Shown: positions 8,747-17,814 of the stretch, one piece after another
How the letters are laid out: every line of letters starts with the position of its first letter
Position numbering within the stretch: the first letter of the stretch is position 1
Assembly (NCBI GenBank): GCA_964480125.1
Contig: CAYZNV010000002.1
Span: forward strand, 4,984-68,983
Length of the DNA: 64,000 nucleotides
Source: an uncultured archaeon
GTDB lineage: Archaea > Iainarchaeota > Iainarchaeia > Iainarchaeales > VGJJ01
Reading direction: 5' to 3'
The notes under the pieces: model-generated
Databases searched by the model: none
The model's input: the letters and a program-made list of their open reading frames with translations, nothing else
What the model was told of the DNA's origin: nothing
Made by a program: the position numbers and the translations under genes

Positions 8747-9305
8747 AAACACAATTCTGTCGAATCTGTTCTAACGTGTTTGTCACGGAAATGGAAATAT
8801 TTTCTGTAGTCGAAGCGGCATTCGTTACATATTCAGCCCCTAACGCATTCGTGAGCGCGATATCTTTTTGCACCAACAAAAATGAAGCATGAACGGATTC
8901 GCTGCGCGTTTGGGCGGAGCGTAATTGTTGCATGGCTAAATCCGCAGGCGTTCCGGCATTGCAGTTGAGTGTTTCGGCTTTGACGCGTTGCAATAAGGAG
9001 AATGCCCCGTTGATTTCTTCTTGCATGGTAATGGATTCAAGGCTTGCATCGAAATAAGCCAAGAGCGTGGATTTTCCTTCTCCCACTCCGCTTACTTTGG
9101 ATCGGAGTTTGATGAGGTTCACGCGATAGTCTTGTCTTCCTTGCTCGGTGGGAGGAGCGATTAACCCGAGTGGAACGTATTGTTCGCGCAAGGAAGCCAG
9201 TTCATTGGCGACGGCAAAACGGTCATTTCCCACGATACAGCCAGATAGCAGCAAGACGGCGAGCGCGAGCAGGATGGGAAATAGTCGCGGGATCATAGCA
9301 TGCAC
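8745..9305 (-). CDS. secreted lipoprotein-like hypothetical protein
   Basis: The N-terminal signal 'LLALAVLLLSGC' has a lipobox-like Cys. A TATA 'tttaaata' lies about 30 bp upstream. Confidence 0.4.
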   Translation of the reverse strand: MHAMIPRLFPILLALAVLLLSGCIVGNDRFAVANELASLREQYVPLGLIAPPTEQGRQDYRVNLIKLRSKVSGVGEGKSTLLAYFDASLESITMQEEINGAFSLLQRVKAETLNCNAGTPADLAMQQLRSAQTRSESVHASFLLVQKDIALTNALGAEYVTNAASTTENISISVTNTLEQIRQNCV

Positions 9306-9374
9306 CGGGTAAAAATCCTATTTAAATGCGTTCGGGAAGGGTTCCAAACAGGGGTGGAAATGGCAATTCACGCA

Positions 9375-11771
9375 CTATAATTCCACGGCAATCGTGCTAC
9401 CATATGTAATGGTTTCAATGGAGTGTGCCAATTTGATATCGCGTTCCAATACCTTGAGCGCAAGCGGCAACTGCGCGTGACGAATGGGTGCTTTCAATGA
9501 AAGTCCTTTTTCTTTCTTGGCTTTCCATAGCGCAGAGTTGGCTTGCATGAGGTCTTCGGCGGAAAACAAAACAGTGAATGCGTGTTCGCTTTCTGGATAG
9601 GAAGTGAAATGCACATCCATTTCGTGCAGCGCGGAATAAAGATACGAAGTGAAAATAGGGATAATGGGTGCGTAGAGTTGTAGGAGCGTGTCCAGGCAAT
9701 AGTGCAGCGTGTAAAGTGCTCCATTTTGTTCTTCGATAGAAAAGGTGCCTTGTTCGTTGTACGCGCGATTCTTTACTAATTCCAAATAATGCGAGGCGAA
9801 TGTTTCCCACAAAAAATAACGCAGCTGTGTGGAGGGAGTAAACACATCATAGCGCTCGAATCCTTCTCTGCAGGTTTGGATGAGTCTGGATAGCTCCATG
9901 AGCGCCCATTCATCTGCGGGAAGTAATTTGATTTGTCCTTCGGGGTTCTTGAATGAGGAAACGAAGCGCGCGACATTCCAGAATTTCGTCAGCGTCTTTC
10001 CCGCTCCTTCAATGCGTTCGAAGCTGCACATTAAATCGGTGCGTGCCAGGTTTCCTTCCATTCCCACCCATAATCGAAAGGGTTCCGCTCCGAATTTTTG
10101 GAGTATTTCAGCGGGATCGATGACATTTCCAAGGGACTTCGACATCTTGATTCCTTTTCCATCGAGAATGTGATTGTGAATGAATGCATTCTCGAACAAG
10201 GGCTTTCCGTGGAGCAAGTAGTGCTTGAGCAGTGAATAATACAACCACGTGCGCACGATTTCTTTTCCTTGCGGGCGTAGCGTGCAAGGAGTGTGTTTCA
10301 GGAAGAAGTCGTTTTTCCTTCCTTTTCCGAGCACATACGCGGCCGAATTAGAGGAGTCGAACCACGTGTCAAACACGCGTGTTTCTCCTTTCCATTCAGT
10401 CGAGTGACATTGCGGGCACTCTTCAATAGGGCAAGGGTCTTTCCAGGGTTGGTGGTATTTTCCTTTTGGGGGGACGAATGCATAATTGCACTTCCCACAA
10501 TACCAAATGGGGATTTCCGTTCCGTAGTATCGGCGTCGAGAAATAGGCCAATCAATTTTCACGTTCGCGATCCAGTCCGTGAGGATTTGTTTGGACTCAG
10601 GCGCATGGAATGTGAGTTGGTCCGCGATTTTTTTCATTTCTTCTTTCACGTGGAGCTGCTTCACATACAGTTCGGGCATGGAGATGAATTCAATTTGGTC
10701 TTTGCTACGCTCGCAGATGGGAACGGAGTGCATGATCTTCTTTTGCTGGTGCAACAACCCTTCTTCTTTTATTTTTTCGATTATTTTCTCGCGTGCTTCT
10801 TTTGTTTTCAATCCCTGCAAGAAACCCGCTTCTGCCGTCATGCGGCCCATTTCATCAATGCACCCTTGGGCTTCAATTCCTTGTTCAATCAAGAAGCGAA
10901 TGGCTTCCGTGTCCCCTGCGGAACGAGACATGTATGCGAGGCCCGTTCCAAAATTAGGGTCGGCCATCGTGTGAGGGATGATGGGGATTTCGAATCCATA
11001 TATTGGGACAATGGCTTTCTTGTCTTTGAGGTGCTGATAGCGTTCATCGGTTGGATTGTAGATGATAACGGCTGCCGTACACAAAAGCTCCGGTCGCGTC
11101 GTGGCGATAATGAGTTTTTCCTTCGTAGTGGTTTCGACAAAAATAATTTCATTCAGGAATGTTTCTTTTTCTTTTCTCTCAATCTCACTATCACTCAATG
11201 TCGTGCGACACCCCGGGCAATAGTTGTTGAGGCGCTTGGCTTCATACACGAGTCCTTTGTGCCAGAGATCGATGAACGTGTCCTGCGTAAGCGTTCGATA
11301 TTCTTTGGAATCTGTTTCATACATTTGCCCGAGTTCTTCGCCCACTTTCCATTCGTTGAATCCAATCCCTGCGTGGAAGAATGTTTGCAAGCTGTGCGTC
11401 CCAGCTTCTTTCAACATTTGCGCGCAGTATTCCAAGAATTTTTCGCGGGGCGTTTCGTGCAAGCGGATGTTGTATTTTTTTTCCGCGGCCATTTCAATTG
11501 GGAGACCATTGCGATCCATTCCAAGTGGAAAAATGACATTATGTCCAGTCATGCGCTTGTAGCGCGCGAACATGTCCATAATCACATACGTGGAAGCATG
11601 CCCGATATGCACGGGCGCGTTAATGTAAGGAGGTGGCGTGTCAATGGAGAAAATGGGCAATTGGGGGTTGTGTTTGAATTTGTAAGCCGATTCGTCTTTC
11701 CAGCGCTGAACGATGGGCAATTCCAATTCCTTGGACCAGCGCGTCTCAGTCAAACCAGGCATAATACCCAT
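9375..11771 (-). CDS. valS: valyl-tRNA synthetase (class I aaRS)
   Basis: 'PPPYINAPVHIGHA' is a HIGH-motif variant and 'KMSKSLGN' is the KMSKS motif. Size (798 aa) and the editing domain fit compact archaeal ValRS; LeuRS or IleRS is less likely at this size. Confidence 0.7.
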   Translation of the reverse strand: MGIMPGLTETRWSKELELPIVQRWKDESAYKFKHNPQLPIFSIDTPPPYINAPVHIGHASTYVIMDMFARYKRMTGHNVIFPLGMDRNGLPIEMAAEKKYNIRLHETPREKFLEYCAQMLKEAGTHSLQTFFHAGIGFNEWKVGEELGQMYETDSKEYRTLTQDTFIDLWHKGLVYEAKRLNNYCPGCRTTLSDSEIERKEKETFLNEIIFVETTTKEKLIIATTRPELLCTAAVIIYNPTDERYQHLKDKKAIVPIYGFEIPIIPHTMADPNFGTGLAYMSRSAGDTEAIRFLIEQGIEAQGCIDEMGRMTAEAGFLQGLKTKEAREKIIEKIKEEGLLHQQKKIMHSVPICERSKDQIEFISMPELYVKQLHVKEEMKKIADQLTFHAPESKQILTDWIANVKIDWPISRRRYYGTEIPIWYCGKCNYAFVPPKGKYHQPWKDPCPIEECPQCHSTEWKGETRVFDTWFDSSNSAAYVLGKGRKNDFFLKHTPCTLRPQGKEIVRTWLYYSLLKHYLLHGKPLFENAFIHNHILDGKGIKMSKSLGNVIDPAEILQKFGAEPFRLWVGMEGNLARTDLMCSFERIEGAGKTLTKFWNVARFVSSFKNPEGQIKLLPADEWALMELSRLIQTCREGFERYDVFTPSTQLRYFLWETFASHYLELVKNRAYNEQGTFSIEEQNGALYTLHYCLDTLLQLYAPIIPIFTSYLYSALHEMDVHFTSYPESEHAFTVLFSAEDLMQANSALWKAKKEKGLSLKAPIRHAQLPLALKVLERDIKLAHSIETITYGSTIAVEL

Positions 11772-11852
11772 AAAACGGCAAGAAAGAGGTTTTAAGGCTA
11801 GGGCTGCGAGTGGTGAATACTTATTTTTAAGTGAGAGTAAAGTATTGGTTAT

Positions 11853-11999
11853 ATGGCTTCAATAAATTTTCGAGAAGTAGTTGTCCCAATGGCATTGACC
11901 ATCATTATCATGGGGGCAGTTATCGCTTTTTTTTGGAGTATATTAACGGGCATTGGAATTGGACTCATCGGACTTACCGTTGCAATTGTAAATGGATGA
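11853..11999 (+). CDS. 48-aa hydrophobic micro-protein (two TM-like helices)
   Basis: MASINFREVVVPMALTIIIMGAVIAFFWSILTGIGIGLIGLTVAIVNG. Its stop lies 3 nt before the start of the next membrane-protein gene. It is below the ORF-track length cutoff. Confidence 0.25.
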   Translation: MASINFREVVVPMALTIIIMGAVIAFFWSILTGIGIGLIGLTVAIVNG

Positions 12000-12002
12000 T
12001 CT

Positions 12003-12521
12003 ATGACTACTACTTGGGCTAAAGAGTCTGCAAAGCTCAGATATGATAAAGTCATGAAGTTCACTACTATTTTTACTGTGACAATGCTTGGAGTATTGGC
12101 AGGAATTGTAACACAACATGATGAGGATATTTCTATAACTATTCTCAGAAATCAAAACAGAGATATGTTATTTGCAATAGCTGCCTTTACACTAATTATT
12201 GGATTAATCTTTTCATTATGGAAACTTAGAATGATTGAAAAAATAATGTCAGATGATAAATCCAACGAGTTCAACTCAAAATCAAAAAGACCAACCATCG
12301 GATTAAAGGAATTTTCCGGCTCACTGGTTAACGCAGCAGTTAACGGAATTGAGGGGCTGCAACCAGTAATTTTTCTAATAATTGTTGGACTGTTTTCATT
12401 CGTAATAAGTTTTTCTGGGATACCAAAAATATCCGATTCAGGAGTTTATGTAACAGTGACAGTACTAGCTGCACTTCTAGTTGGATTGGTTTCAGCTTAT
12501 CGACAGTTTGCTGATTATTAG
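12003..12521 (+). CDS. hypothetical membrane protein
   Basis: 172 aa with 3-4 TM helices. It sits in an AT-rich stretch with no recognisable motifs. Confidence 0.4.
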   Translation: MTTTWAKESAKLRYDKVMKFTTIFTVTMLGVLAGIVTQHDEDISITILRNQNRDMLFAIAAFTLIIGLIFSLWKLRMIEKIMSDDKSNEFNSKSKRPTIGLKEFSGSLVNAAVNGIEGLQPVIFLIIVGLFSFVISFSGIPKISDSGVYVTVTVLAALLVGLVSAYRQFADY

Positions 12522-13699
12522 AACCCAAATATCCCTTTCTTTCCTTTCTTTGATTTCTTTGAAGTGGATTCAGTAGCAGTATCTTTCCCATGCAGCTCGG
12601 ATTGAAGTTCTTCCAATAGCTCTTTCTGGCGCGACGTGAGGTGAGTAGGAACGTCAATGCGCACGCGCACGAATTCATCCCCATATTCTTCGCTGTTGAG
12701 TTGCTTGATTCCTTTTTCGCGTAGTCGAAAAACTTTTCCATTCTGCGTGCCAGGAGGAATAGTCATCGTGACAGTCCCTCCCAAAACGGGAACGTCGACT
12801 TCTCCCCCCATTGCGGCGAGTGGAAATGAGATGCCTTGTTCCACATACACGTCCGCGCCATCGCGTTTGAATGTTTCATGAGGAGCAACGTGGATTACCA
12901 CATACAAGTCCCCTTGAGCCCCTCCTCCGGGAGTGAAATTTCCCTGATGGGGGACGCGCAAATGATTTCCCGTATCGATGCCCGCAGGGATTTTGATTTC
13001 AATGGAAGAGGTTTTACTCTGAGTCCCTTTTCCTTTGCAGCGCGTGCAGGGTTCTTTGATGATTTCTCCTTCTCCGCCGCATTTTGAACACGTCGCAGTC
13101 GTTTGAAATAATCCAAATGGCGTTCGTTGCGTGCGAGTTTCCATTCCTCTTCCCTTACAAGTAGGGCATTTTTCTTTTTTGCTTCCTTTTTCTGCACCCG
13201 TTCCGTCGCAGTGCTCACATGCGCGCAAGTGGGGGATGGAAATCGTCTTCGTAGCGCCAAAAGCCGCTTCTTCAAAGCTCAATTCCAGGTCATAGCGTAA
13301 ATGTTGGGCTTGGGAGGCACGTCGCGTGCGCGTTCCTCCTCCAAATTGCCCCCCAAATGCTTCGCGCAGCAAATCTTCCATTCCGGGGAAGCCGCTGGCG
13401 CCGCCGTTGAACATATCCGAGAAATCGAATCCTCCCATTCCACCGGGAAAACCCCCTGCTCCGCCGCCCATTCCGGATTTGAATGATTCCGAGCCGAATT
13501 GGTCGTATTGCGCGCGCTTGTTGGCATCAGAGAGAACGGAGTATGCCTCGTTGACTTCTTTGAACTTTTCAGTTGCCTCAGGGGCTTTGTTGATGTCCGG
13601 ATGCCATTTCTTGGCCATTTTCTTGTAGGCGGATTTGAGTTCGTCCGCGGAAGCATTCTTGCTCACCCCTAAAATGGAGTAATAGTCTTTTTCGGCCAT
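12518..13699 (-). CDS. dnaJ: chaperone DnaJ (Hsp40)
   Basis: J-domain '[11 protein letters not shown]', G/F-rich region and four CxxCxGxG zinc-finger repeats. The ORF track extends to 13750; Met18 is the likely start. Confidence 0.9.
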   Translation of the reverse strand: MAEKDYYSILGVSKNASADELKSAYKKMAKKWHPDINKAPEATEKFKEVNEAYSVLSDANKRAQYDQFGSESFKSGMGGGAGGFPGGMGGFDFSDMFNGGASGFPGMEDLLREAFGGQFGGGTRTRRASQAQHLRYDLELSFEEAAFGATKTISIPHLRACEHCDGTGAEKGSKKEKCPTCKGRGMETRTQRTPFGLFQTTATCSKCGGEGEIIKEPCTRCKGKGTQSKTSSIEIKIPAGIDTGNHLRVPHQGNFTPGGGAQGDLYVVIHVAPHETFKRDGADVYVEQGISFPLAAMGGEVDVPVLGGTVTMTIPPGTQNGKVFRLREKGIKQLNSEEYGDEFVRVRIDVPTHLTSRQKELLEELQSELHGKDTATESTSKKSKKGKKGIFGF

Positions 13700-13825
13700 A
13701 GTGGAATCACGTGATAATGGAATAAAAATGCGGGCATGCGCGAAGCGCAAACACTCCCATTAGATTAGTAGCATCAAGCCGCAGTGAATGGGCGCGTGCG
13801 CTGAAGCACGGCCTTTCCATTGCGT

Positions 13826-15691
13826 CTAATGATCTTTAACTTTGAATTCCGCATCGACGGAATCAGTGGGGTTTGAATCATCATTGCCTCCTTCGTTGCT
13901 TTCTTCATTCGACTGCGCTCCTGCATTAGGAGAAGCACCTTGTTTTTGATAGATTTCTTGTCCGACTTGCTGCACAGTCTTGTTGAATTTCTCCAATGCG
14001 GATTTGATTTCCTTGAAGGGTTTGGGTTCTTTTCCGAGCAAGTCCTTCAATTCTTTCAATCCGTCTTGGATTTTCTGCTTCGTGGAAGCGGAGATTTTGT
14101 CCTTCATGTCTTCCAGCATCTTTTCGGTTTGGTAGACAGTGGAATCCGCTTGATTCACTGTTTCGACTTCTTCGCGTTTCTGCTTATCTGCCTCCGAGAA
14201 TTCTTCTGCCATCTTACGCATGTGCTCGACTTCTTTTTCATCGAGCTTTTGTGCAGCAATGATTTGGATCTTTTGCTCTTTGCCCGTTCCCATGTCCTTC
14301 GCCGTCACGTGCAAAATTCCATTCGCATCGATGTCGAACGTCACTTCGATTTGGGGAACGCCACGCGGAGCAGGTGGAATCCCTTGCAGCGCGAATGTTC
14401 CAAGGAGTTTATTGTCGTGCGCCATGGTTCTTTCTCCTTGGAATACTTTGATGTCCACTGCAGGCTGGTTGTCGGCAGCCGTGGAGAATATTTGGCTCTT
14501 CTTGTGGGGAATAGTGGTGTTGCGCTCGATGAGCTTGGTCATCACTCCTCCGAGGGTTTCGATTCCCAGCGAGAGAGGGGTTACATCTAACAGCAACACA
14601 TCCTTGACTTCTCCCGAGAGCACGCCAGCTTGTACAGCCGCCCCCATCGCGACGCATTCCATGGGATCCACGCCGCGCTCGACTTTCGTCCCTAAAATCT
14701 TTTCCACAAATTGTTGCACGATAGGCATGCGCGTTGGACCGCCAACCATGATGATTTTGTGGATGTCCCCGGGCGTGAGTTTTGCATCCGCAATGGCCTG
14801 CATCACGGGCTTTTCGCAGCGCTTCACAATGGGAGAGATTAATTCTTCCAGCTTGGCGCGGTTGAATTTCATGACGAGGTGTTTAGGCCCAGATGCATCC
14901 GCGGTGATGTAAGGCAGATTGATGTCCGTTTCCAGTGTAGTGGAGAGTTCGATCTTTCCTCGTTCGGCTGCCTCGCGTACGCGCTGCATCGCAGTAGCAT
15001 CTTTAGTCAGATCGACTCCATCCGTGCGCTTGAATTCCGCCACCATCCAGTCGATAATGACCTTGTCCATATCCGTTCCGCCGAGTTGCGTATCCCCGGA
15101 GGTCGATTTGACTTCGAAGATACCATCGCCGAACTCCATAATCGTGACGTCGAGCGTTCCCCCGCCTAAATCGAACACGAGAATTTTCTGTTCGGCATTT
15201 TTCTTGTCCAGTCCATAAGCTAAGGAAGCGGCCGTGGGTTCATTCACGATGCGGATAACATCCAATCCCGCAATCTTTCCTGCATCTTTAGTGGCTTGGC
15301 GTTGGTTATCATCAAAGTAAGCAGGAACTGTAATCACGGCTTTCTCCACTTTTTCTCCCAAGAACGCTTCGGCGTCCTTCTTTATTTTCTGCAAAATAAA
15401 GGCAGAGATTTGCTGGGGAGTGTATTCTTTTCCGTGCACCTTGTACGTGTGATTCGTCCCCATCTTTCGCTTGGCAGCCATAATCGTCCCATTGGGATTG
15501 GAAACGGCTTGTCTTCGCGCGGGTTCTCCCACAAGGAGCTGACCATCTTTCGTGAATGCAACAACCGAGGGAAAGGCCTTTCCATAGAGCGTGTTCCCTT
15601 CCGCGGATGGAATAATGCGTGGCTTTCCTGCTTCTAATACCGCGGCAGCGGAGTTGCTGGTTCCTAAATCGATTCCGATAATCTTACTCAT
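13826..15691 (-). CDS. dnaK: chaperone DnaK (Hsp70)
   Basis: '[15 protein letters not shown]' and 'DLGGGTLDV' are Hsp70 signatures. The internal Met at 15691 sits 1 nt from the grpE stop. Confidence 0.95.
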   Translation of the reverse strand: MSKIIGIDLGTSNSAAAVLEAGKPRIIPSAEGNTLYGKAFPSVVAFTKDGQLLVGEPARRQAVSNPNGTIMAAKRKMGTNHTYKVHGKEYTPQQISAFILQKIKKDAEAFLGEKVEKAVITVPAYFDDNQRQATKDAGKIAGLDVIRIVNEPTAASLAYGLDKKNAEQKILVFDLGGGTLDVTIMEFGDGIFEVKSTSGDTQLGGTDMDKVIIDWMVAEFKRTDGVDLTKDATAMQRVREAAERGKIELSTTLETDINLPYITADASGPKHLVMKFNRAKLEELISPIVKRCEKPVMQAIADAKLTPGDIHKIIMVGGPTRMPIVQQFVEKILGTKVERGVDPMECVAMGAAVQAGVLSGEVKDVLLLDVTPLSLGIETLGGVMTKLIERNTTIPHKKSQIFSTAADNQPAVDIKVFQGERTMAHDNKLLGTFALQGIPPAPRGVPQIEVTFDIDANGILHVTAKDMGTGKEQKIQIIAAQKLDEKEVEHMRKMAEEFSEADKQKREEVETVNQADSTVYQTEKMLEDMKDKISASTKQKIQDGLKELKDLLGKEPKPFKEIKSALEKFNKTVQQVGQEIYQKQGASPNAGAQSNEESNEGGNDDSNPTDSVDAEFKVKDH

Positions 15692-15692
15692 G

Positions 15693-16286
15693 TTAGTTTC
15701 CCCCTTTGGTTGCGTCGTGCGACGCGTGAGCGTTTGTTTCTTTTTCATTTACTGCATTTACTTTTACTTTGGCCGTGCGCAGCACGTGGTCGTTGAATGT
15801 GTATCCTCTCTGGAATTCCTCCAATACGATTTCATCTCCCTGCATGGGATCATTTCCCTGCATGAGGCACTCCTGCGTCTCGGGATTGAATTTCTTTCCC
15901 AGCGCAGGAATGGTTTTGATTCCATTGCGCTCGAGTATCTTCATCAACTGCACGCGCAGGTTTTCCAATCCCTTGCGATGATCATCCTTCACATGCGCAA
16001 TAGCCGCGTCGAATGAGTCGATGAATTCGAGGACTTCCTTGAACGCTAATGATTTTCCATATTGGATGGATTGTTCTTTTTCTTTGGCCGTGCGTTTCTG
16101 GTAATTCTCAAATTCCGCTTGCGTGCGCTTGAGAGTATCAATCAAATCCATTTTCTCATTCTGCAGTGTTTCGACTGCGAGTGGTTTTTGATTTTTCTCG
16201 TTTGCTCCAGAGACATTTCCATTTGGCGCGGGATTTGTTTTCGCTGTTTCTTTTTCTGTCATGGCATTCAGCTCCAATCCATCCAA
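15693..16286 (-). CDS. grpE: nucleotide exchange factor GrpE
   Basis: 197 aa with a coiled-coil N-terminus and a C-terminal GrpE beta domain. It lies directly upstream of dnaK. Confidence 0.85.
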   Translation of the reverse strand: MDGLELNAMTEKETAKTNPAPNGNVSGANEKNQKPLAVETLQNEKMDLIDTLKRTQAEFENYQKRTAKEKEQSIQYGKSLAFKEVLEFIDSFDAAIAHVKDDHRKGLENLRVQLMKILERNGIKTIPALGKKFNPETQECLMQGNDPMQGDEIVLEEFQRGYTFNDHVLRTAKVKVNAVNEKETNAHASHDATKGGN

Positions 16287-16664
16287 CTACCGCACCATGC
16301 GCGCATCGGGAATGTCTACTTCAGGCATCATTTGTCCCATGGGCATCGCGCTCTTCATTTGTTTCTTGCGGAATGCAAGGTAATTTTTTTGTCGCTTCCA
16401 GGCTTCTTCGCCTTGCTTGGTTTCGAGGATTTTGATGATTTGGTTTTCGGGCACTTGAGGAGAGTGGAATCCATACTCCACGAGCACCACTTGGTCTTTG
16501 GCGATTTTATCGGAGATGGCCGCGTGCACATCAAAGGTGAGGATATTTTCATCCCACATCTCGAGATGGGCCTGGACGCTGGTGTCGGCAGCGATGGCCT
16601 TTCCGCTGCGGGAAAACACATCTAATACTTTGGCGAGGTGGTACATGCCATTCATGAGGGTCAT
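16287..16664 (-). CDS. hypothetical protein, first gene of the hsp operon
   Basis: 125-aa ORF whose stop abuts the grpE start. No recognisable motif. Confidence 0.4.
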   Translation of the reverse strand: MTLMNGMYHLAKVLDVFSRSGKAIAADTSVQAHLEMWDENILTFDVHAAISDKIAKDQVVLVEYGFHSPQVPENQIIKILETKQGEEAWKRQKNYLAFRKKQMKSAMPMGQMMPEVDIPDARMVR

Positions 16665-16684
16665 CTCCGGGCAAAAGCCCTATT

Positions 16685-16705
16685 TTGTCTAAAATTTTTA
16701 GACAA
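16685..16705. promoter_or_regulatory. perfect 21-bp palindrome TTGTCTAAAATTTTTAGACAA overlapping the hsp-operon TATA, with an extra half-site TTAGACAATT at 16717-16727
   Basis: 10-bp perfect arms. The central TAAAATTTTTA lies about 30 bp upstream of the 16664 start codon. It sits between the hsp operon and a divergent wHTH gene. Confidence 0.45.
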
Positions 16706-16748
16706 TTACAGTCTTTCTTAGACAATTCCTTTAAAAGCCTAACTTTTC

Positions 16749-17189
16749 TTGGTTTGGAGTATCATGCCTGACATCATTCGGCACACCTCTTTCCGTGTGG
16801 AGATCCGACGCGTCGAGCCGCCATTTGCCCGGGACAAGGACAAGGAAATCGAGTGGATTTGCCAGTCGCTTGGACTAGCTCCCGCAGGAGAGAAGAACCA
16901 CCCCTCTATCTTGATCTTCAAGGAGATAGTGAAGAGCACGGAAGCCAATCAAGGCATTACCTCCACGGAGCTCGCCGAAAAAGTGAGTATGTCGCGCGGC
17001 GCTGTCATCAATCAACTCAATAATCTCCAGCGTTCCGGCCTGATCCTGAAGCAGGGCCGACTGTATGTGGCGCGCTCCCGCAGCATGGTGCGGACCATCC
17101 AGGAAGTGGAAGAGGACATCAAGCGCATCTTTGATCGCATGGAGCGCATCGCCATGGAAATGGACAAGGAGTTTCGCTCCGAACAGTAG
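16749..17189 (+). CDS. winged-helix transcriptional regulator (candidate heat-shock repressor)
   Basis: 'ITSTELAEKVSMSRGAVINQLNNLQRSGLILKQG' is a wHTH. It is divergent from grpE-dnaK-dnaJ. The true start may be Met6 (16764). Confidence 0.5.
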   Translation: MVWSIMPDIIRHTSFRVEIRRVEPPFARDKDKEIEWICQSLGLAPAGEKNHPSILIFKEIVKSTEANQGITSTELAEKVSMSRGAVINQLNNLQRSGLILKQGRLYVARSRSMVRTIQEVEEDIKRIFDRMERIAMEMDKEFRSEQ

Positions 17190-17252
17190 TTTTGTCCCAA
17201 GAAGACATGCATTTATCCTTTCCCTTGCACCTAATGCTATCGAGGCATTGCC

Positions 17253-17789
17253 ATGGCAAGATCAATGAGTGTTTCTTGGATTGATCTCCTTTTTCCAGGA
17301 GTAGTCGTGCATGAAGCCGCGCACGCACTAGCATGTTATGCGTGTGGCGTGAAAGTGCACACCATTTCGGTGCACCGCAGCAGTGGAATGGTCGTCCATG
17401 ACAAGACGAGCGCTCGCGCATCCCTGCTGATTGGATTATTTCCCCTGATCGTAGGAGGGGGAGTCGCTATTGCATTATTCCAGTATGCCTCCCGCACGCA
17501 AGCGGACTCTCCATTGCTTTCGCTGCTGTTGCTCTGGATTGGTTTTTCGGTCGCATTCCACGCAATCCCTTCCACGCAGGACGTGCAGAACATTGTAACT
17601 TCCACGGAGAGGCGTTTCGGGGAGATGTGGAAGGGACCCCGCAACATATTCACAAAACTCCTCAAATCCGGGGGATACGCTATCGCTTGGATTGGGAGTT
17701 GGTTTCTTCTAGTAGTAGCCATGCTCGCGAACGCCACCATCCTTACGCGCATTGCCTTGGGGATAGGCCTCTTATTGGTCAGCGGATGA
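17253..17789 (+). CDS. membrane-embedded zincin-like metallopeptidase (HExxH)
   Basis: 'VVVHEAAHALACYACG' is an HExxH motif at the start of a 4-TM protein, similar to DUF3267-type zincins. Confidence 0.4.
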   Translation: MARSMSVSWIDLLFPGVVVHEAAHALACYACGVKVHTISVHRSSGMVVHDKTSARASLLIGLFPLIVGGGVAIALFQYASRTQADSPLLSLLLLWIGFSVAFHAIPSTQDVQNIVTSTERRFGEMWKGPRNIFTKLLKSGGYAIAWIGSWFLLVVAMLANATILTRIALGIGLLLVSG

Positions 17790-17814
17790 ACCATTAAATA
17801 GCGGCGCAGGCTCT

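Noticed and set aside
10293-11795. 500-aa plus-strand ORF antisense to valS
   Set aside because: It lies entirely inside a well-supported aaRS gene on the other strand. It has low-complexity, Phe-rich composition and no motifs, typical of a shadow ORF.
13940-14912. Plus-strand ORFs of 216 and 230 aa antisense to dnaK
   Set aside because: These are shadow ORFs inside the highly conserved Hsp70 gene and have no independent support.
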